Assembly: GCA_951406725.2 (NCBI GenBank)
Contig: OX597824.1
Span: 99,138,001-99,202,000, forward strand
Origin: Octopus vulgaris
Taxonomy: Eukaryota
Direction of reading: 5' to 3'
DNA length: 64,000 nucleotides
In this document: one piece after another, positions 1 through 12,972 of the stretch
Layout: every line of letters begins with the position of its first letter
How positions within the stretch are numbered: position 1 is the first letter of the stretch
Program-made: the position numbers and the translations under genes
The notes under the pieces: model-generated
What the model was told of the DNA's origin: nothing
Database searches by the model: none
The model's input: only the letters and a program-made list of their open reading frames with translations

Positions 1-1298
1 TTTAAGGGAAAAAAATACTGTAAGAGTAACTGTAAGTAGTAGTGTGAGTAATGGGGAGGGATGGAATTGTAGGATAGTTTCTGTTAAGAGTTATTGTTAT
101 AAAACAAGAACAAATATGGGACCACTTAAATTTCTGATTAAAGGGTTGATTCTTGGACAGGAATCTATTTTGCTGTAAAAATTATTTTAATGCCTCAACA
201 TTTGATGTACAAATGTTTAGTCCAACTTAGAATAACTTAGGAAAAAATGGTTTGAAAATTATAGATGAAAACAATTTGAAATTTCTGAGAAATTTAAAAT
301 CCCCATTTCTAACTTCCATAACTGTACATTAAACTGAGAGAGATTAAGTTGAGGGTTTTGTCTATCATTTATAGAAATTGATACAAGTGTATTTCTGCGT
401 GGCTAACAGATAATCTTTGTAGCAGGTGTTTTTTTAAGTTCAAATTTCCCTCTGCACTTGAAGCTTGATTTTATTTCCTATCAGAGAAGAATTTATGGAC
501 AAAAATTTTAATTAGAACAAATAGAACATTACATATATCTGTGTTTTAATTATAAAAAGTCGTTCTTAAAATTATTGCAACACCTCATTATCAAATGTTT
601 TTGAAAATTTGTTCTATTTCATTTGCTGATTAGAAAAATGATTTTTAAGCAAAATTAAACTTCTAGAATTTCAATTTGAAATATTGTATATCTTTAAACT
701 TGTGCACTCACACAGCAGAATGAAAAGAGGCAGGGGTCTTTAGAAAATCTTACAACTGACCCTAAAAACCCAAAATTTGAATAACTTGATAATTTAGACT
801 TGGGAAATTAAGTGAAATTCAAGCAGTGTTGAAAAAGTACTTTAACAGGGTCTTAATAATTAAATTCAACATGAAATCCAAATTAATAAAGTAGTAATTA
901 ACTTAGCCATCATGGGTTCTGTACTAGCAAAAATGAATGTATATTTTGTAAATATTTAAAAATTAATTTTCATTTGTGGGAGAGAAAATTCCATAAAATC
1001 AGTACATTTTCAAGTAGTTAGACATTCCAGAAGGGCAGTTTTAATCAACACTTAACGATGTTTTAAAGCAACATGATATTTGTGAGTGTGGCTGTGTGTG
1101 TGGGTGTAGGAAAGTGTGGCTGGGGGACAATGTATGTGGATAAATATATATAAATGAATATATATATATGTACATGTGTGTTTGTATGTATGGCTGTCTG
1201 GTTGAGAGATTCACTTCTTAGTCCTGTTGTTTTGGGGTTCAGTTCGTCCCATGGCACCTTTGGCAAGTGGAATCTCTTCTATTATATTCACAGACTGT

Positions 1299-1636
1299 GG
1301 AGGCGCAATGGCCCAGTGGTTAGGGCAATGGATTTGCTGTCGTAGGATTGTGGTTTCAATTCCAAGACCAGGTGTTGTGAATGTTTATTGAGTGAAAACA
1401 TCTAAAGCTCCACGAGGTGACGAACCCTGCTGTATTCTTTCACCACAACCTTCTCTCTTTCTTCCTGTTTCTCTTGTACCTGTATTTCAAAGGGTCGGCA
1501 TTGTCACACTTTGTGTCACGCTGAATCTCCCTGAGAACTACATTAAGGGTACACATGTCTGTGGAGTGCTCAGCCACTTGCATGTTAATTTCTCGAGCAG
1601 GCTGTTCCGTTGATTGTTTCAACTGGAACCCTCGTA
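1299..1636 (+). mobile_element. tRNA-derived SINE (octopus OR-like family)
   Basis: Head GGAGGCGCAATGGCCCAGTGGTTAGGGC (A box) and GGTTTCAATTCC (B box). The same head and body recur at 3019 and 11837. Confidence 0.75.
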
Positions 1637-2075
1637 TGAGCAGAATTGTGAATGGAAACTAAAAAAAGCCCATCACACCACACGCGTGTGTGTGTGTGTG
1701 TATGAGTGTTATTGTCTCTTTGTCCTGACATCATTATGTGATAGTTGTAAACAAGTGTCACCACCATACAAGTGGTGTCCTTCATTTCCATTCTTCTGTG
1801 AAAAACCTGTCTGGCCATGAGGGGGGAAATATTACCTTCCTTGGAAAGGGGTGAGGTTGGGTACAGCAAGGGCATCCAGCTGTAGAAAATCCACATCAAC
1901 AAATTCCTTCCAACCCATGCAAGCAAGGGAAAGTGGACGGTAAATGGATTTCATTTACACACACACACACACACACACAAATGACACATGAGCATCCATC
2001 AAAAGTTGCTGAATCAGCTAAATGACTTAGTCATTGAATTAGTGTGTAAAGTAGTTGAGTATTACACACATGCAC

Positions 2076-2121
<46 letters not shown>

Positions 2122-2187
2122 AGCCTTAATGTAATTCTCAAGGAGAATCGGTGTGACAAAGCCAGACCTTTTGAATTCCAGAGTTCA

Positions 2188-2257
2188 GTCAATCTGATAA
2201 GCTTCGATGTCGTTTCTATTTACATGGACATCGTGATTGTGAGACAGACTTTTTGAC
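2188..2257 (+). ncRNA. Highly degenerate type I hammerhead-like motif
   Basis: GTCAA(T)-CTGATAA-stem(CGATGTC/GACATCG)-GAGAC...TTGAC. Both core boxes carry substitutions. Confidence 0.25.
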
Positions 2258-2533
2258 CAATAAACCACGTCTCAGAATGGAACACACATGTTAAATGATG
2301 CATGCATGTATGTTTATACATCAGCATCATATTCTAATGTCCATCTTCCATGTTGGCATCAACTGAATGATTTGACAAAATCCGACAGTTTTGAAGACCG
2401 CATTATGTTCCATTGTCTGCTACACTGATGCGGAAGCTTAATGAGCTACAAAGACAAGAGGAACCAACTAGAACCACTCACATGACAGAACTGAATAACA
2501 AAGTAATAAAATGTCTGTTTATGAGTGAACCAC

Positions 2534-2752
2534 TTAACCCTTTCGATACCAACCCATCTGAAACCAGCTCTGGCTCTGTAGTACAAATGTCTTGTTTCCA
2601 TAAGTTCTGAATTAAAATCTTCCACCAAACCTTAGTCATAATTTATGTTCCTAACACTAGCTGAATGATAACTAAGTTATTTTACTAAATTCTTTGTTAT
2701 ATTTAAAATTAATTAAAAGAAACACAGAGCAATATGGTAACGAAAGGGTTAA
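2534..2752. mobile_element. piggyBac-type MITE
   Basis: TTAA at both ends (2534-2537, 2749-2752). TIRs CCCTTTCGATACCA / TGGTAACGAAAGGG match at 13 of 14 positions. Confidence 0.85.
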
Positions 2753-3018
2753 GAGCAGATATAGGTGAGGAATGTTAACGGTTTGGAACAAGGTAGAGGT
2801 TTCTAATGACAGAACAGAAACTGGTGGGACATGCATGCTTTATAAAAGCATTGTGGCTTCCTATCAAGCCTGGAATATGAGAAATTAAACAAGAAATAGA
2901 AAACCGAGTAGAGAACAACAATGGAGATAAACATAAAATGAAAGGCGTATATTACATAGAGATAAAAGTAATGTGAACGATGGAGATATATAGATATGGA
3001 GAGAAAGTATATATATAT

Positions 3019-3315
3019 GGAGGGGCAATGGCCCAGTGGTTAGGGCAGCGGACTTGCGGTCGGAGGATCGCGGTTTCGATTCCCAGACCAGGCATTGTGA
3101 GTGTTTATTGAGCAAAAACACCCGAAGCTCCATGAGGCTCCAGCAGGGGGTGGTGGCAATCCCTGCTGTACTCTTTCGTCACAACTTTCTCTCACTCTTT
3201 CTTCTGTTAGTCTGCTCACTAAGCCAGCAGGTTGGCGTGATTTGAAGGCTAAAACAATGTGAAGCGCATTGTGACCAGCAATGTGTAGCAACATCTGATA
3301 GCCTGGTCGGTCACG

Positions 3316-3319
<4 letters not shown>
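3019..3319 (+). mobile_element. tRNA-derived SINE (OR-like), near full length, inserted in (TA)n
   Basis: A box TGGCCCAGTGG and B box GGTTTCGATTCC. The tail ...GATAGCCTGGTCGGTCAC is shared with 37370-37481. TA repeats flank both sides. Confidence 0.8.
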
Positions 3320-3346
<27 letters not shown>

Positions 3347-4149
3347 GGAGAGAAAGTAGGAGGGAGCAGGGGCAGAGAGTTACACTCTTGCAGTTGGATA
3401 GAGAGGAAATAAAGTTGAAAATGTGGCAAGATGGTGGGAATGACAATGAAATTGCATTAATGGATGAGATATTAGTTCAACTCTAATGAAATAATAATGA
3501 TAATAAAAAGCTTGCTAACATTAGGAGTTATGAGAGATAGGGAGACTATAAAGAAGAGAGAAAAATAAAGCTAAAGGTTTGATAGGATATGTTCCACTCC
3601 TCTCCTGGCAGTAAATAACCTCTACATGGCTGTAGCAGGAATGGTAACAAAAGACAGGTGAACAGAGACTGGTTGGACAAATATTTTAATGAAGAGAAAA
3701 AAAAACTGCTAAAAGAGAGCTTCAAGAGGTTGATATAGGATATGAGTCAATGACAGCTCTTTAAAGAAAGGTGGGGGGGGGGGGCCATGAAAGCACTGGA
3801 AGGAAAATAGAAAGCAAAGAAGGAAATGAAAGGAAAAAAGGTTGTAATTGAAGAACTGATGCAAAGAGTTAGATTAGGTAAAATGATAAGAGAATAGAAT
3901 AGACCAGTTTTAGCAAAACAGGTTGTTTTAAAATAATCAGAAGAGAGTATTTGTAAAATTAGTTGGGGTTGGAAGACATAATGATGAAGTACCAGATGCA
4001 GAGAGGGAAGAATGTTTTGGAGTGATGCGTGCGCGCGCGCGCGTGTGTGTGTGTGTGTGTGTGTGCACATGAATTGATCATATTTCAAACACGGAAGCAA
4101 AAGAAACATCTTCACACTGCAAGAGTTAAATAATAATAAATTTATCTAG

Positions 4150-4360
4150 TAAAGGCACAAAACCTGAAATTTTGAGGGAGAGGACTAATCAATTATATGA
4201 GTACCAGTGCTCAACTGGTGCTTATTTTATTGACACCCTCCCAAAAAAAAAAGATGGAAAGCAAAGTTGACCTTGAAGGAATTTGAACTCAGAACATAAA
4301 GAGCTGGAGGAAATGCTGTCAAAGCATTTTGGTTGATGTGCTAATGATTCTTCCAGCTCA
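4150..4360 (-). mobile_element. Nin/Deu-domain-like SINE
   Basis: Plus strand shows CCAGTGCTCAACTGGTGCTTATTT...GCAAAGTTGACC...ATTTGAACTCAGAAC. The motif repeats at 11105-11550, 28130-28230, 30790-30960, 31140-31265 and 41660-41850. Confidence 0.65.
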
Positions 4361-4608
4361 TGGGAGAATGGGAGAAAACCTACTGAATTTCAGGGATGTC
4401 AAAAGCTCATTGATTTTTTAATGGAAAATTATAAAATCAAGGTGAAAAGATGATTGTCTAAATTTTGAAATCTCTTATTGATATGAAGCAATAATTATGA
4501 AGAAACTATAATCAATAGTCTTTCAGCTTGAAGAGACTGTCCATTCCAAACCAAGGGCAAACAATGGTCATCACCTGCGAACATAGCTGTTTTTCTATTG
4601 TTACATCC

Positions 4609-4696
4609 TAACAGCTGGGTAGATAGCCTTGGTACCTCTGACAGCTGGATAGATTGCCTCAGTACCTCTGACAGCTGGGTTGATAGCCTTGGTCCC
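4609..4696. repeat. 30-bp tandem repeat, 3 copies
   Basis: Unit ~ACAGCTGGGTAGATAGCCTTGGTACCTCTG occurs three times with few substitutions. Confidence 0.85.
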
Positions 4697-4910
4697 TTAA
4701 CCCTTTAGCATTCAGATTATTTTATCAAAGGAATGCTTATTTATTCATATGCCTTTAATTAATCATGAATTTTCTTGTACCTTTGAGATTTTGATGAGGT
4801 AACTGCAAAGTTTTAGAATGACATTGTAGGGTTGGTGTGAGGGGCCACATCTGGCTCATTTGAACATAAGACAAGTAGAATATTTTGACCAGATATGGAT
4901 AAAGGGTTAA
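4697..4910. mobile_element. piggyBac-type MITE (second family)
   Basis: Termini are TTAA-CCCTTTA ... TAAAGGG-TTAA. Confidence 0.75.
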
Positions 4911-5869
4911 ATACTAAAGAGTCAAACGATTGGGTGAATATCATTTAACGATTCTAGCCAAATAAACTGGAATAAGTTATGCGATGTGCTAGTCTGGGAC
5001 ACAACAGAATGGTTGTGGTACTAAGAATTGAACTCTTGACCAAAGTTTTCAAAACTGAAGTACATTGACCTTGCAACCATTGAAACTGCCCACATAATAT
5101 TTTATGTTTATTTTTTCTTCAACTATAATCTTACAAAATTCTGGCCAGTTGATATTTATTTGCAACACATGATGACCTTTATGACATTTCACTTCTATGA
5201 TGGACACAAGACACAAAGATTTATTACAACTGAAGACTTGTATTGAACTTTTACCAAAATTTGGTGCCATGCTCACATGTTAAACTTCCCGTTAGAAACA
5301 GATTTGTGCATGTGGAGTGGTATCTAAATATGTCTACAAGTGTGTTTGCATGTGTGTGTGTTATCTTGGTGTGCATTTAGGTATTTGGATGTGTGTTATG
5401 TTAGTCTTTATGCGTGCATGTTTGCAAGTGCTTTTATTCTCTAGGGTATGTGTGGGAATACAGCTAAGAATTGGAAGCTACCCAAAAATCTCTCTATCAT
5501 TACTATTTATAAAGGCATAGAGAGAAAGAAAGAAAGAGAGAGAGAGAGTGTGTGGGGTTAGTTAGAGGAAGTGGCAAAGCTAAGCATGTGTAAATTATGT
5601 CAGTCTCTAATTACAAACTCCACAGGTGTGTATAACATATATGTATATTGATAATTACTACCACTACCACCATCGTGTTACTGTCCATTTTGCCATGCTT
5701 TCATGGGTAAGATGGAATTCTTTGAGACAGATTTTCTATGGCTAGATACCCTTCTTGTTACCAGCTCTCAACTCAACCAAGTAAAGTAATGTTTCCCATG
5801 GCCAGACATGTTTTCATGGAAGATTGGAAACAAACAACTCCTTTACAACTATCATACAATGTAAGACAG

Positions 5870-5910
<41 letters not shown>

Positions 5911-6225
5911 AAGCTTCTTTCAGTATATGTCTACAAAACCCACCCACATGGGTTTTTTGATCATCCTAGGGATATATTAGAAGATGCTTGCACAAGACAC
6001 CATGGTGTACATAGCCAAGCCTGCATCTAATTTATAAATTTCTTTTTCTTTTTTAATCACTTAATACAAAACTCCAACAAATTGTAATTTCTAGCAATTA
6101 AAATAAATTAATCATATTGAGTTATATTTAACCTTCTTGCTTTCCTAAACCTATATATATGTGTATGTATCTGTGTAAATACATACACACACACACACAA
6201 GAAAAACCACAGGACCAAAATACTG

Positions 6226-7410
6226 ACTTGGACATGGTCTTTGTTGACTTGCCCAAGGCCTTTGATACAGTGAATCGTCAGGAGCTCTAGAAAATTTTGT
6301 CAAAAGCTGGACTTCCTAATAAAACTATAAGGGTAATAGTATCATTGCATAAAGGAATGATAGCAACAGTAATATCAAGTAATCAGTGTTCAAAGGTATT
6401 TTCTGTTGCCACTGGAACTAAACAGGGATATGTTTTAGCCTCTCTACTTTTTCCATATTCTTTTCAATGATTCTCCAACATACTTTCAGGGATTACCATG
6501 AAAGTGTAAAATTCCATTTTCGCACAGAAAGAGGTCTATTAAACCTGAAAGGGCAAAGTTTCTGACCAAAGAAAAAGGCCAAGGAAGAGATCCTGCATGA
6601 CCCTCTGTTTGCTGATGATTGTGCTTTGGTTTCTCACACATTTGAGGGAATTCAGGAAGTGGTCAACAGGTTTGCAGTGGCAGCTTGTGCATTTGGACTG
6701 ACTATTAGCATCGGGAAGACTGAAGTTTTATTCCAACTAAAGCCTGGGACAAATGTGATGATCAACAACAATCCACTCAAATGGGTCAGCTCCTTTGAAT
6801 ACCTTGGAAGTACAGTAAACTCTAAGTGTACCTCTTGATGACAAAATCAACGTTAGAATGGCTACAGTTACAAATGCTTTTGGAAGATTTGCCTCTCGTT
6901 TGTGGGATGAACACAATGTCAGTCTGAAAACTAAAATAACTGCATACAAATCCTAACTTTTGTGCACACTTTTGTATGGGACAGAAGCATGGACTCCCTA
7001 CGACAGACATGTAAAGAAACTTGAAGCCTTCCACATGTGCTGTTTATGCAACATGTACAGCATAAAAATGGCAAGCTAAGATATCCAATGCAAAACTTTA
7101 GAAAACTGCAATATCTCCCGTATCCAAAGAATGCTGATGAGAATTCAATGCAGATGGGGCGGGGGGGCATGTTGTTTGAATGACAAATGACTGCATTCCA
7201 AAAATTCTTGTGTATGGCCAACAAGTGGAGGGATATTGTGGCAAAGGAAGACCTCTCCTTTGGTATAAGGATAGGTTGAAGCAATCCCTAAAATCTCTAC
7301 AGCTTAAACTGACATCTTGGGAGAGTCGTTGCCTAGATTGATCTGCATGGGATAAAATGTGTCACGATTCATTCAAAACAATTTCAGTTGAAGAAAAAGA
7401 ACAACAGATA
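6226..7410 (+). mobile_element. RTE-clade LINE reverse transcriptase fragment (BovB-like), disrupted
   Basis: Translates FVDLPKAFDTVNR, TGTKQGYVLA, LFADDCAL, FGLTISIGKTEV and FEYLGS, with stops and frameshifts. Confidence 0.9.
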
Positions 7411-7434
7411 AAAGAGATGGGGGAACTATAGTGT

Positions 7435-7790
7435 CAGGCTCTTTGACATTGCTGACTTTTATCCCTCAATACCCAAAACTCTGTTAATGAAATCCTTAGG
7501 TTTTGCAAAAACAATCAAACAATCATTGATATTTGTGAGTTGGACACTGATGTGATTAGGCACCTCAGAAAAAAATCACACCTGTCTTTTAATAACAACA
7601 CATGGGTTAAAGAAAGCAGAGACAAATTATTTGACGTGTCTATGGGAGCAAATAATGGCACCTGGGTAAATGAAATAATCGAGCTATATATTCTAGATTT
7701 ATTAAGAAATATATATGCTGAATTTACTGAGAATAAAATTTTTATCAAGAAATTGTAATGGTTGTAAGTTAGACATATTTAGAAAAGATT
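7435..7790 (+). mobile_element. Penelope-like element RT fragment
   Basis: FDIADFYPSIP and LSFNNNTWVK...LFDVSMGANNGTWVNEIIELYIL resemble the PLE RT motif [22 protein letters not shown]. Confidence 0.75.
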
Positions 7791-8599
7791 TGACCAACCT
7801 AAAACATATTGGGGGGGGGGCACTGGAAGTCACATTAAAAAAAACCATTATTATAAGCATAAAAATTCATTTATGAGCCCCAACAGAAAATATATTAGGG
7901 TTTTATTGAAGTTTAAATGGATTTTGCATCAGACAAGTCCTCATGAATTTAAAATTAATGTGCAACCTTACAGGAATGCAGTGGGGAGCTTGAAATGTTT
8001 AATTAACAAGTTTTATTAATATAAACTTTAATATGTGTGTGTGTGTGCATGTCTATGCGTGAGTATATGTATATTAGCATATGTGTACATTCATGTATAA
8101 TTGTGTGTACATGTATGTATAATTTTGTGTATACATGTGAATCTATGAGTGTACATATGTCTGTATCTATGTGTCTGCAGAGGTGCATGCAAAATGAACA
8201 CCCACATGCATACTCATAGTTCTTTTTAAATTTTAATTGAAAGCATTAAATAAACATATTACTTAAAAGTATTATATCAGAACATTGCTTACACAGCAAC
8301 ACAGTTTCACGAGTTTGATTCTATAGAGTTTACAACATTTATAATGATATTCCTACGACAAGCAGAAATGAAATAAAAAAAATGTGAGCTTGAAGCAGTC
8401 ATTTTTGCACATGTCATTCACAAAGGTTTCTCAACAAAAGCACAGAACAATAAGCATTTCCTTCAAGCTTTCACTCCATATTTCAAAAAAATATTTGCAC
8501 AGTGAATAGTCAAAAGAAATCTAAGCCTCGTTTACCAGCTGCTGATCAAAAACGAGCAACTCAGATTATGGGAAATTAGAGCCTTTGAGTCACTATGTA

Positions 8600-9420
8600 C
8601 CAAAGAATACTCTACATTTGTATTGAGCCCTGTAAGTTATTGCTTGCAGATGACATCAAGCTGTACCTTGAAATAAAAAGGACAGATCCTGAACACTACA
8701 GATCTTTCCTGCAATCAGACTTGGACACAATGCAACAATGGATCATGGACTGGCAACTCAAGCTGGCTGTGAACAAGCATACCACCATGCATTTTGGGAG
8801 GAAATACCCAGCGTCCACATACTCTCTCCATAACACTAATATCAAGATGTCTTCTTGTGAACATGACCTGGGCTTTACTGTCAGTGGTGATTTGCACTGG
8901 ACAAAGCACATCTCTAAAATTGTCAAGAAGCCTGAGGGTTTCTTGGCGTCACTCAGCAAGACCTTTGTCAGCTGCTCTCCAGCTATCTATTTAAGACTGT
9001 ATATGGCTATGGTGCAGCCACACTTGGAATTTGCATCACCAGTCTGGAACCCCTATCTTGCTCAAGACATTGATCTCCTAGAAACTGTTCAGAGATGTGC
9101 AACCAAGCAAATCCCCTCCATCAGGCATCTACCTTACTCTGAACACCTTGCTTCCCTGGGCTTAGATATATTGAAGCTCCGATGTCTGGCAACTGACTTG
9201 GTAAACACCCACAAAAATTATTAACCGTCATGCCAACAACCATCTTGAGTACCTCTTTGGGCTCCATGTGGGCATGCCTACAAAGTTAGAAAACAGCACA
9301 GCTCCCATGACTTTCAGAAACATTTTTTTCACCCTCAGAGTTGCTGAACAAACTATCTGCATCAGTTGTTAGCTGCTAAGATATTGCATCCTTTAAAACC
9401 TCCATGCTTCCTGAAATTCG
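8600..9420 (+). mobile_element. CR1/L2-group LINE RT C-terminal fragment
   Basis: ORF 8595-9224 contains LLADDIKL, LQSDLD..QQW..DWQLKL and LYMAMVQPHLEFASPVWNPY..QDIDLLETVQRCATK. Confidence 0.9.
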
Positions 9421-9554
9421 CCAACACTACACCTGATATCCCCCCTCCATATGCATGCACACACATACATATCATGACTCGTGCACTGTTCACTTTCCTG
9501 GCTTTTGTACATAATTCTTTGGTGAGTTGTAGTGCATGTGAGCACTATACAGCT

Positions 9555-10184
9555 CTGTCTGGCACCTGTGCGGGTGGCACGTAAAAAGCACCCACTACAC
9601 TCACGGAGTGGTTGGCGTTAGGAAGGGCATCCAGCCGTAGAAACACTGCCAGATTTGACTGGGCCTGATGAAGCCTTCTGGCTTCACAGACCCCAGTAGA
9701 ACCGTCCAACCCATGCTAGTATGGAAAACGGACGCTAAACGACGATGATGATGATGATGATATATATATATATATATGATGAGGTGGTGAAGCATGATCT
9801 TTGAACGTTGGGCCTCACAGAGGTGATGAGTAGTGACTGAGACCTTTGGCAATATGCTGTGCTTGAGAAGACCCATCAAGCTAAGTGAATCGTAGTTGTA
9901 ACTGAGCTTCTTTTGAGTGTGGGCCCCATGGAAGCAATAACCGAAACCTTTAGCATTATGTGCTTGAGAAGAAAACCCATCAAGCCAAGTAAAATCACAT
10001 TTGTGACAGATATTGGTGTCACACAAGTGGCACCTGTGCTGGTGGCACATAAAAGCACTCTCAAGGTGGTTGGCATTAGGAAGGGCATCCAGCTGTAAAA
10101 CCCATACCAAATCAGACTGGAGTCTGGTGTAGCCTTCCAACTTGCCAACCCATGCCAGCATTGACAACGAACACTAAATGATGA

Positions 10185-10187
<3 letters not shown>
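9555..10187 (+). mobile_element. Two tandem 5'-truncated RTE 3' ends
   Basis: Both carry the conserved GGTTGGCRTTAGGAAGGGCATCCAGC...CCAACCCATGC tail ending in (GAT)n (ends near 9760 and 10187). Confidence 0.8.
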
Positions 10188-10214
<27 letters not shown>

Positions 10215-10218
<4 letters not shown>

Positions 10219-10368
10219 ACATAGAATTTAATTAAATTAGAAGGACACATTAGTATAATTTTACCTAAAATCTCCAAAAGGATAAGGATATGTCTATCTC
10301 TTGGAGATTTTAGGTATAATTATACTAACGTGTCCCTCTGTTCTAATTTAATTAAATTATATGCCTTT
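10215..10368. repeat. Imperfect palindrome (~65-bp arms) directly upstream of a hammerhead core; PLE pLTR inversion remnant
   Basis: AATTTAATTAAATTAGAA..GGACACATTAGTATAATT..TACCTAAAATCTCCAA is mirrored by TTGGAGATTTTAGGTATAATTATACTAACGTGTCC..TTCTAATTTAATTAAATT. Confidence 0.8.
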
Positions 10369-10370
10369 GC

Positions 10371-10455
10371 GCAGCTGAAGATTGCTCTGCATTTTAAATT
10401 GATGTAATGTTTGTAATGTTCAATTAAAGGGAGTTGCATGAAACGATCATACTGC
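10371..10455 (+). ncRNA. Degenerate type I hammerhead ribozyme
   Basis: GCAG-CTGAAGA(10375-10381)-long stem II-GAAAC GATC ATA-CTGC. Stem I is GCAG/CTGC, and GTA>ATA is consistent with CpG decay. Confidence 0.55.
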
Positions 10456-10663
10456 ATTACCTCTGGACATCCTTGTTGCTTATTTTGATTATAATCACCT
10501 TACTTTGAAATTGTATGGATAATACCATATTAAATTCTGGTTCCTCAACTTAAGTACCATATTCATCTGAATCTAAATTGTTACTGAACTCATCTACTAT
10601 ATATGAATATAGATATATATGTGTGTGTGTGTGTGCATACATATGTGTGTGTGTGCATACATA

Positions 10664-10695
<32 letters not shown>

Positions 10696-11104
10696 TATAT
10701 ATATATATGAATAAAACTAGGGTCTAAATTTAACTAAAGCCTCTTAAAGGCAGGACCTCTGAGTGGCCACAATGCAATGCTTGAAATGGATATGAGAATG
10801 TGTGTAAAAGAAAGGTAACATTACAAGTTAACTGCCGCCCCAGCAGCAGCACCAATGAAATTGAATCTGCAGCTTCATTAAACAACGTTGTGTATATTAT
10901 GACAAGCACAAACAGTTCATATTGCCTCCATTATCAGTCAACAAGGTCAGATATACCGTCTCTATTACTGTTATCAGATAAATTTACAAATCTCATTAAA
11001 AAACAAAAGAAAAAAGCTATTCAAACAGGAAGGACTTTTTAGCATAATGAATTTAATTACTGAAAAAATTAAAAAAACAACCACACAACAGGACTTTATT
11101 AACA

Positions 11105-11550
11105 GTTTCAAATTTTGCCACAAAAGACAGCAGTTTTGGGGGAGGGGATGAGTAAATTACATCAACCCCAGTGTCCAGCTGGTACTTATTTTATCGACTT
11201 CAAAAGGATGAAAGATAAAGTTGACCTTGGTGCAATTTGAATTCAGAATGTAGTGACAGGTGAAATATCACTAAATATTTCGTCCAGCGTGCTAACGATT
11301 CTGCCAGCTTTCCACCTTAATCAATTAAATAATCCTTTCTACTGTAGGCACAAAACCTGAAATTTTGTGCAAAGGGCTAAGATTATTACATCGACCCCCA
11401 CTATTCAACTAGTACTTATTTCATCAACCCCAAAAGGATGAAAGGCAAAGCCAGCCCCAGCAGAATTTGAACTCAGAATGTAAAGGCAGACAAAATGCCA
11501 CTAAGTATTTTGCTTGAGGTGCTAATGGTTCTGCCAGCTCGCTGCCTTAA
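11105..11550 (-). mobile_element. Two tandem Nin/Deu-domain-like SINEs
   Basis: Two copies of GTACTTATTT..ATC...AAAGGATGAAAG..AAAG...ATTTGAAYTCAGAATGTA...CTGCCAGCT. Confidence 0.7.
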
Positions 11551-11836
11551 TAATGTTCATATATTAATGTATATATTTACACACACACACACACAAACAG
11601 AGGTGTATCTGTATTAAGATGTTCGCTTTGCAACCATGGGATTTCGGGTTCAGTCCCACAGTGTAGTAACTTACGCAAGTATCTTCTACTATAACCGTAG
11701 CTGACCAATGATTGGTAAGTGGATTTGGAAGAAGGCAGCTATGTAGAAACCAACTGTATGTGTGTGTGTGTGTGTGTGTAAGCATATGTGTGTGTGTGTC
11801 TGTGCTTATTTCTGTTCCCCACCACCACATGACAAT

Positions 11837-12100
11837 GGAGGCACAATGGCCTAGTGGTTAGGGCAGCAGACTCGCGGTTATGGGATCACGGTTTTGATTC
11901 CCAGACCAGGCGTTGCAAGTGTTTATTGAGTGAAAATACCTAAAGCTCCGTGAGGCTCCGGCAGGGGATGGTGGTGATCCCTGCTGTACTCTTTCACCAC
12001 AACTTTCTCTCATTCTTTCTTCCTCTTTCTGTTGTACCTGTATTTCAAATGGCCAGCCTTGTCACACACTGTCATGCTGAATCTCCCTGAGAACCCACGT
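11837..12100 (+). mobile_element. OR-like tRNA SINE nested in an older CORE-type SINE (11605-12185)
   Basis: It has the same head as 1299 and 3019. The flanks match the head and tail of the SINE at 31978-32400. Confidence 0.7.
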
Positions 12101-12219
12101 AATACTGACACAGATTTGTTTGACTGAACCCTTCAAGACAGCACTGCTGCATGGTCACAGTCCCATGAGGGAAACAAGTAAAAGATGAAAAGGATTCTGT
12201 GCAACATTCTAATGAATCT

Positions 12220-12575
12220 ATCCGAATTGAGGGAACAGAGCAGCAGGTAAAATCCAGGCTACATAGGTTTCATAGCAGAACCTCAGAAGTAGTAATTACT
12301 CAACGAGGGGTACTCCACTAGCTACTCATTAGACCAACAACACCTTAGTTCAATGAAGGCTGTATTGTCATCAAGGGATTTTAAATTACTTCTCCAGTGA
12401 GTTAAATTGGAATCCCTTGATGATAATGTAGCCTTAGTTTAACTAAGGTATCTTCAGCCTGATGAGTAGCTAGTGGAGTACTCCTTGTTGAGTAATTACT
12501 ACTTCTGAGGTTCTGCTAGCTACGAAAGACATGTAGCCTGGCTTTTACCTGCTGCCCCATTCCCTCAATCTGGAT
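12220..12575. mobile_element. 356-bp palindromic element with a hammerhead core in each arm (PLE pLTR inversion, retrozyme-like)
   Basis: Arms of ~170 bp are reverse complements around a short loop near 12391-12400. Confidence 0.85.
12455..12540 (+). ncRNA. Type I hammerhead ribozyme (single core mismatch)
   Basis: CTGATGA at 12459-12465, perfect 8-bp stem II GTAGCTAG/CTAGCTAC, GAAA at 12524-12527, then G-ACAT-GTA. The opposite arm reads CTAATGA...GAAAC CTAT GTA GCC on the minus strand. Confidence 0.7.
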
Positions 12576-12972
12576 TTCTTTTTCTATTTGCACACACAGC
12601 AACCCCATTTGCTAACCGTGAACCATAAAATAACTTTTTTCAGCTTATCAGACTTCAATATGAAAAAAATTTATAACCTTCTACGTCAATAAACCCCTGT
12701 TGTTCCTGAGAGTTCTTTTTTATAACTTCTGTGGACTTATCAAAGCTTACTAACTTTCTACATCTTGATCTTTGGATCTTACATTTACATATTGTGTATA
12801 TATGTCTGTGTGTTTACAATGACCCTCTTTCAGTTTCTGTCCACCAAATCCACTCGTAAGGCTTTGATCAGCCTGGGGTTGTAGTAGAAGACACTTGCCC
12901 TAGGTGCCATGCTGTGGGACTAAACATGGAACCATGTGGTTGAGAAGCAAACTTCTTACCTCACAACCATGC

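Noticed and set aside
90-1060. Possible very old PLE RT fossil
   Set aside because: Only faint motif echoes (VIVIK, AIMGS) amid many stops. It cannot be supported without a profile search.
3019-3092. tRNA gene (also 1299, 11837, 31978, 60575)
   Set aside because: The A/B boxes continue into a shared SINE body with no adjacent terminator, so these are SINE heads.
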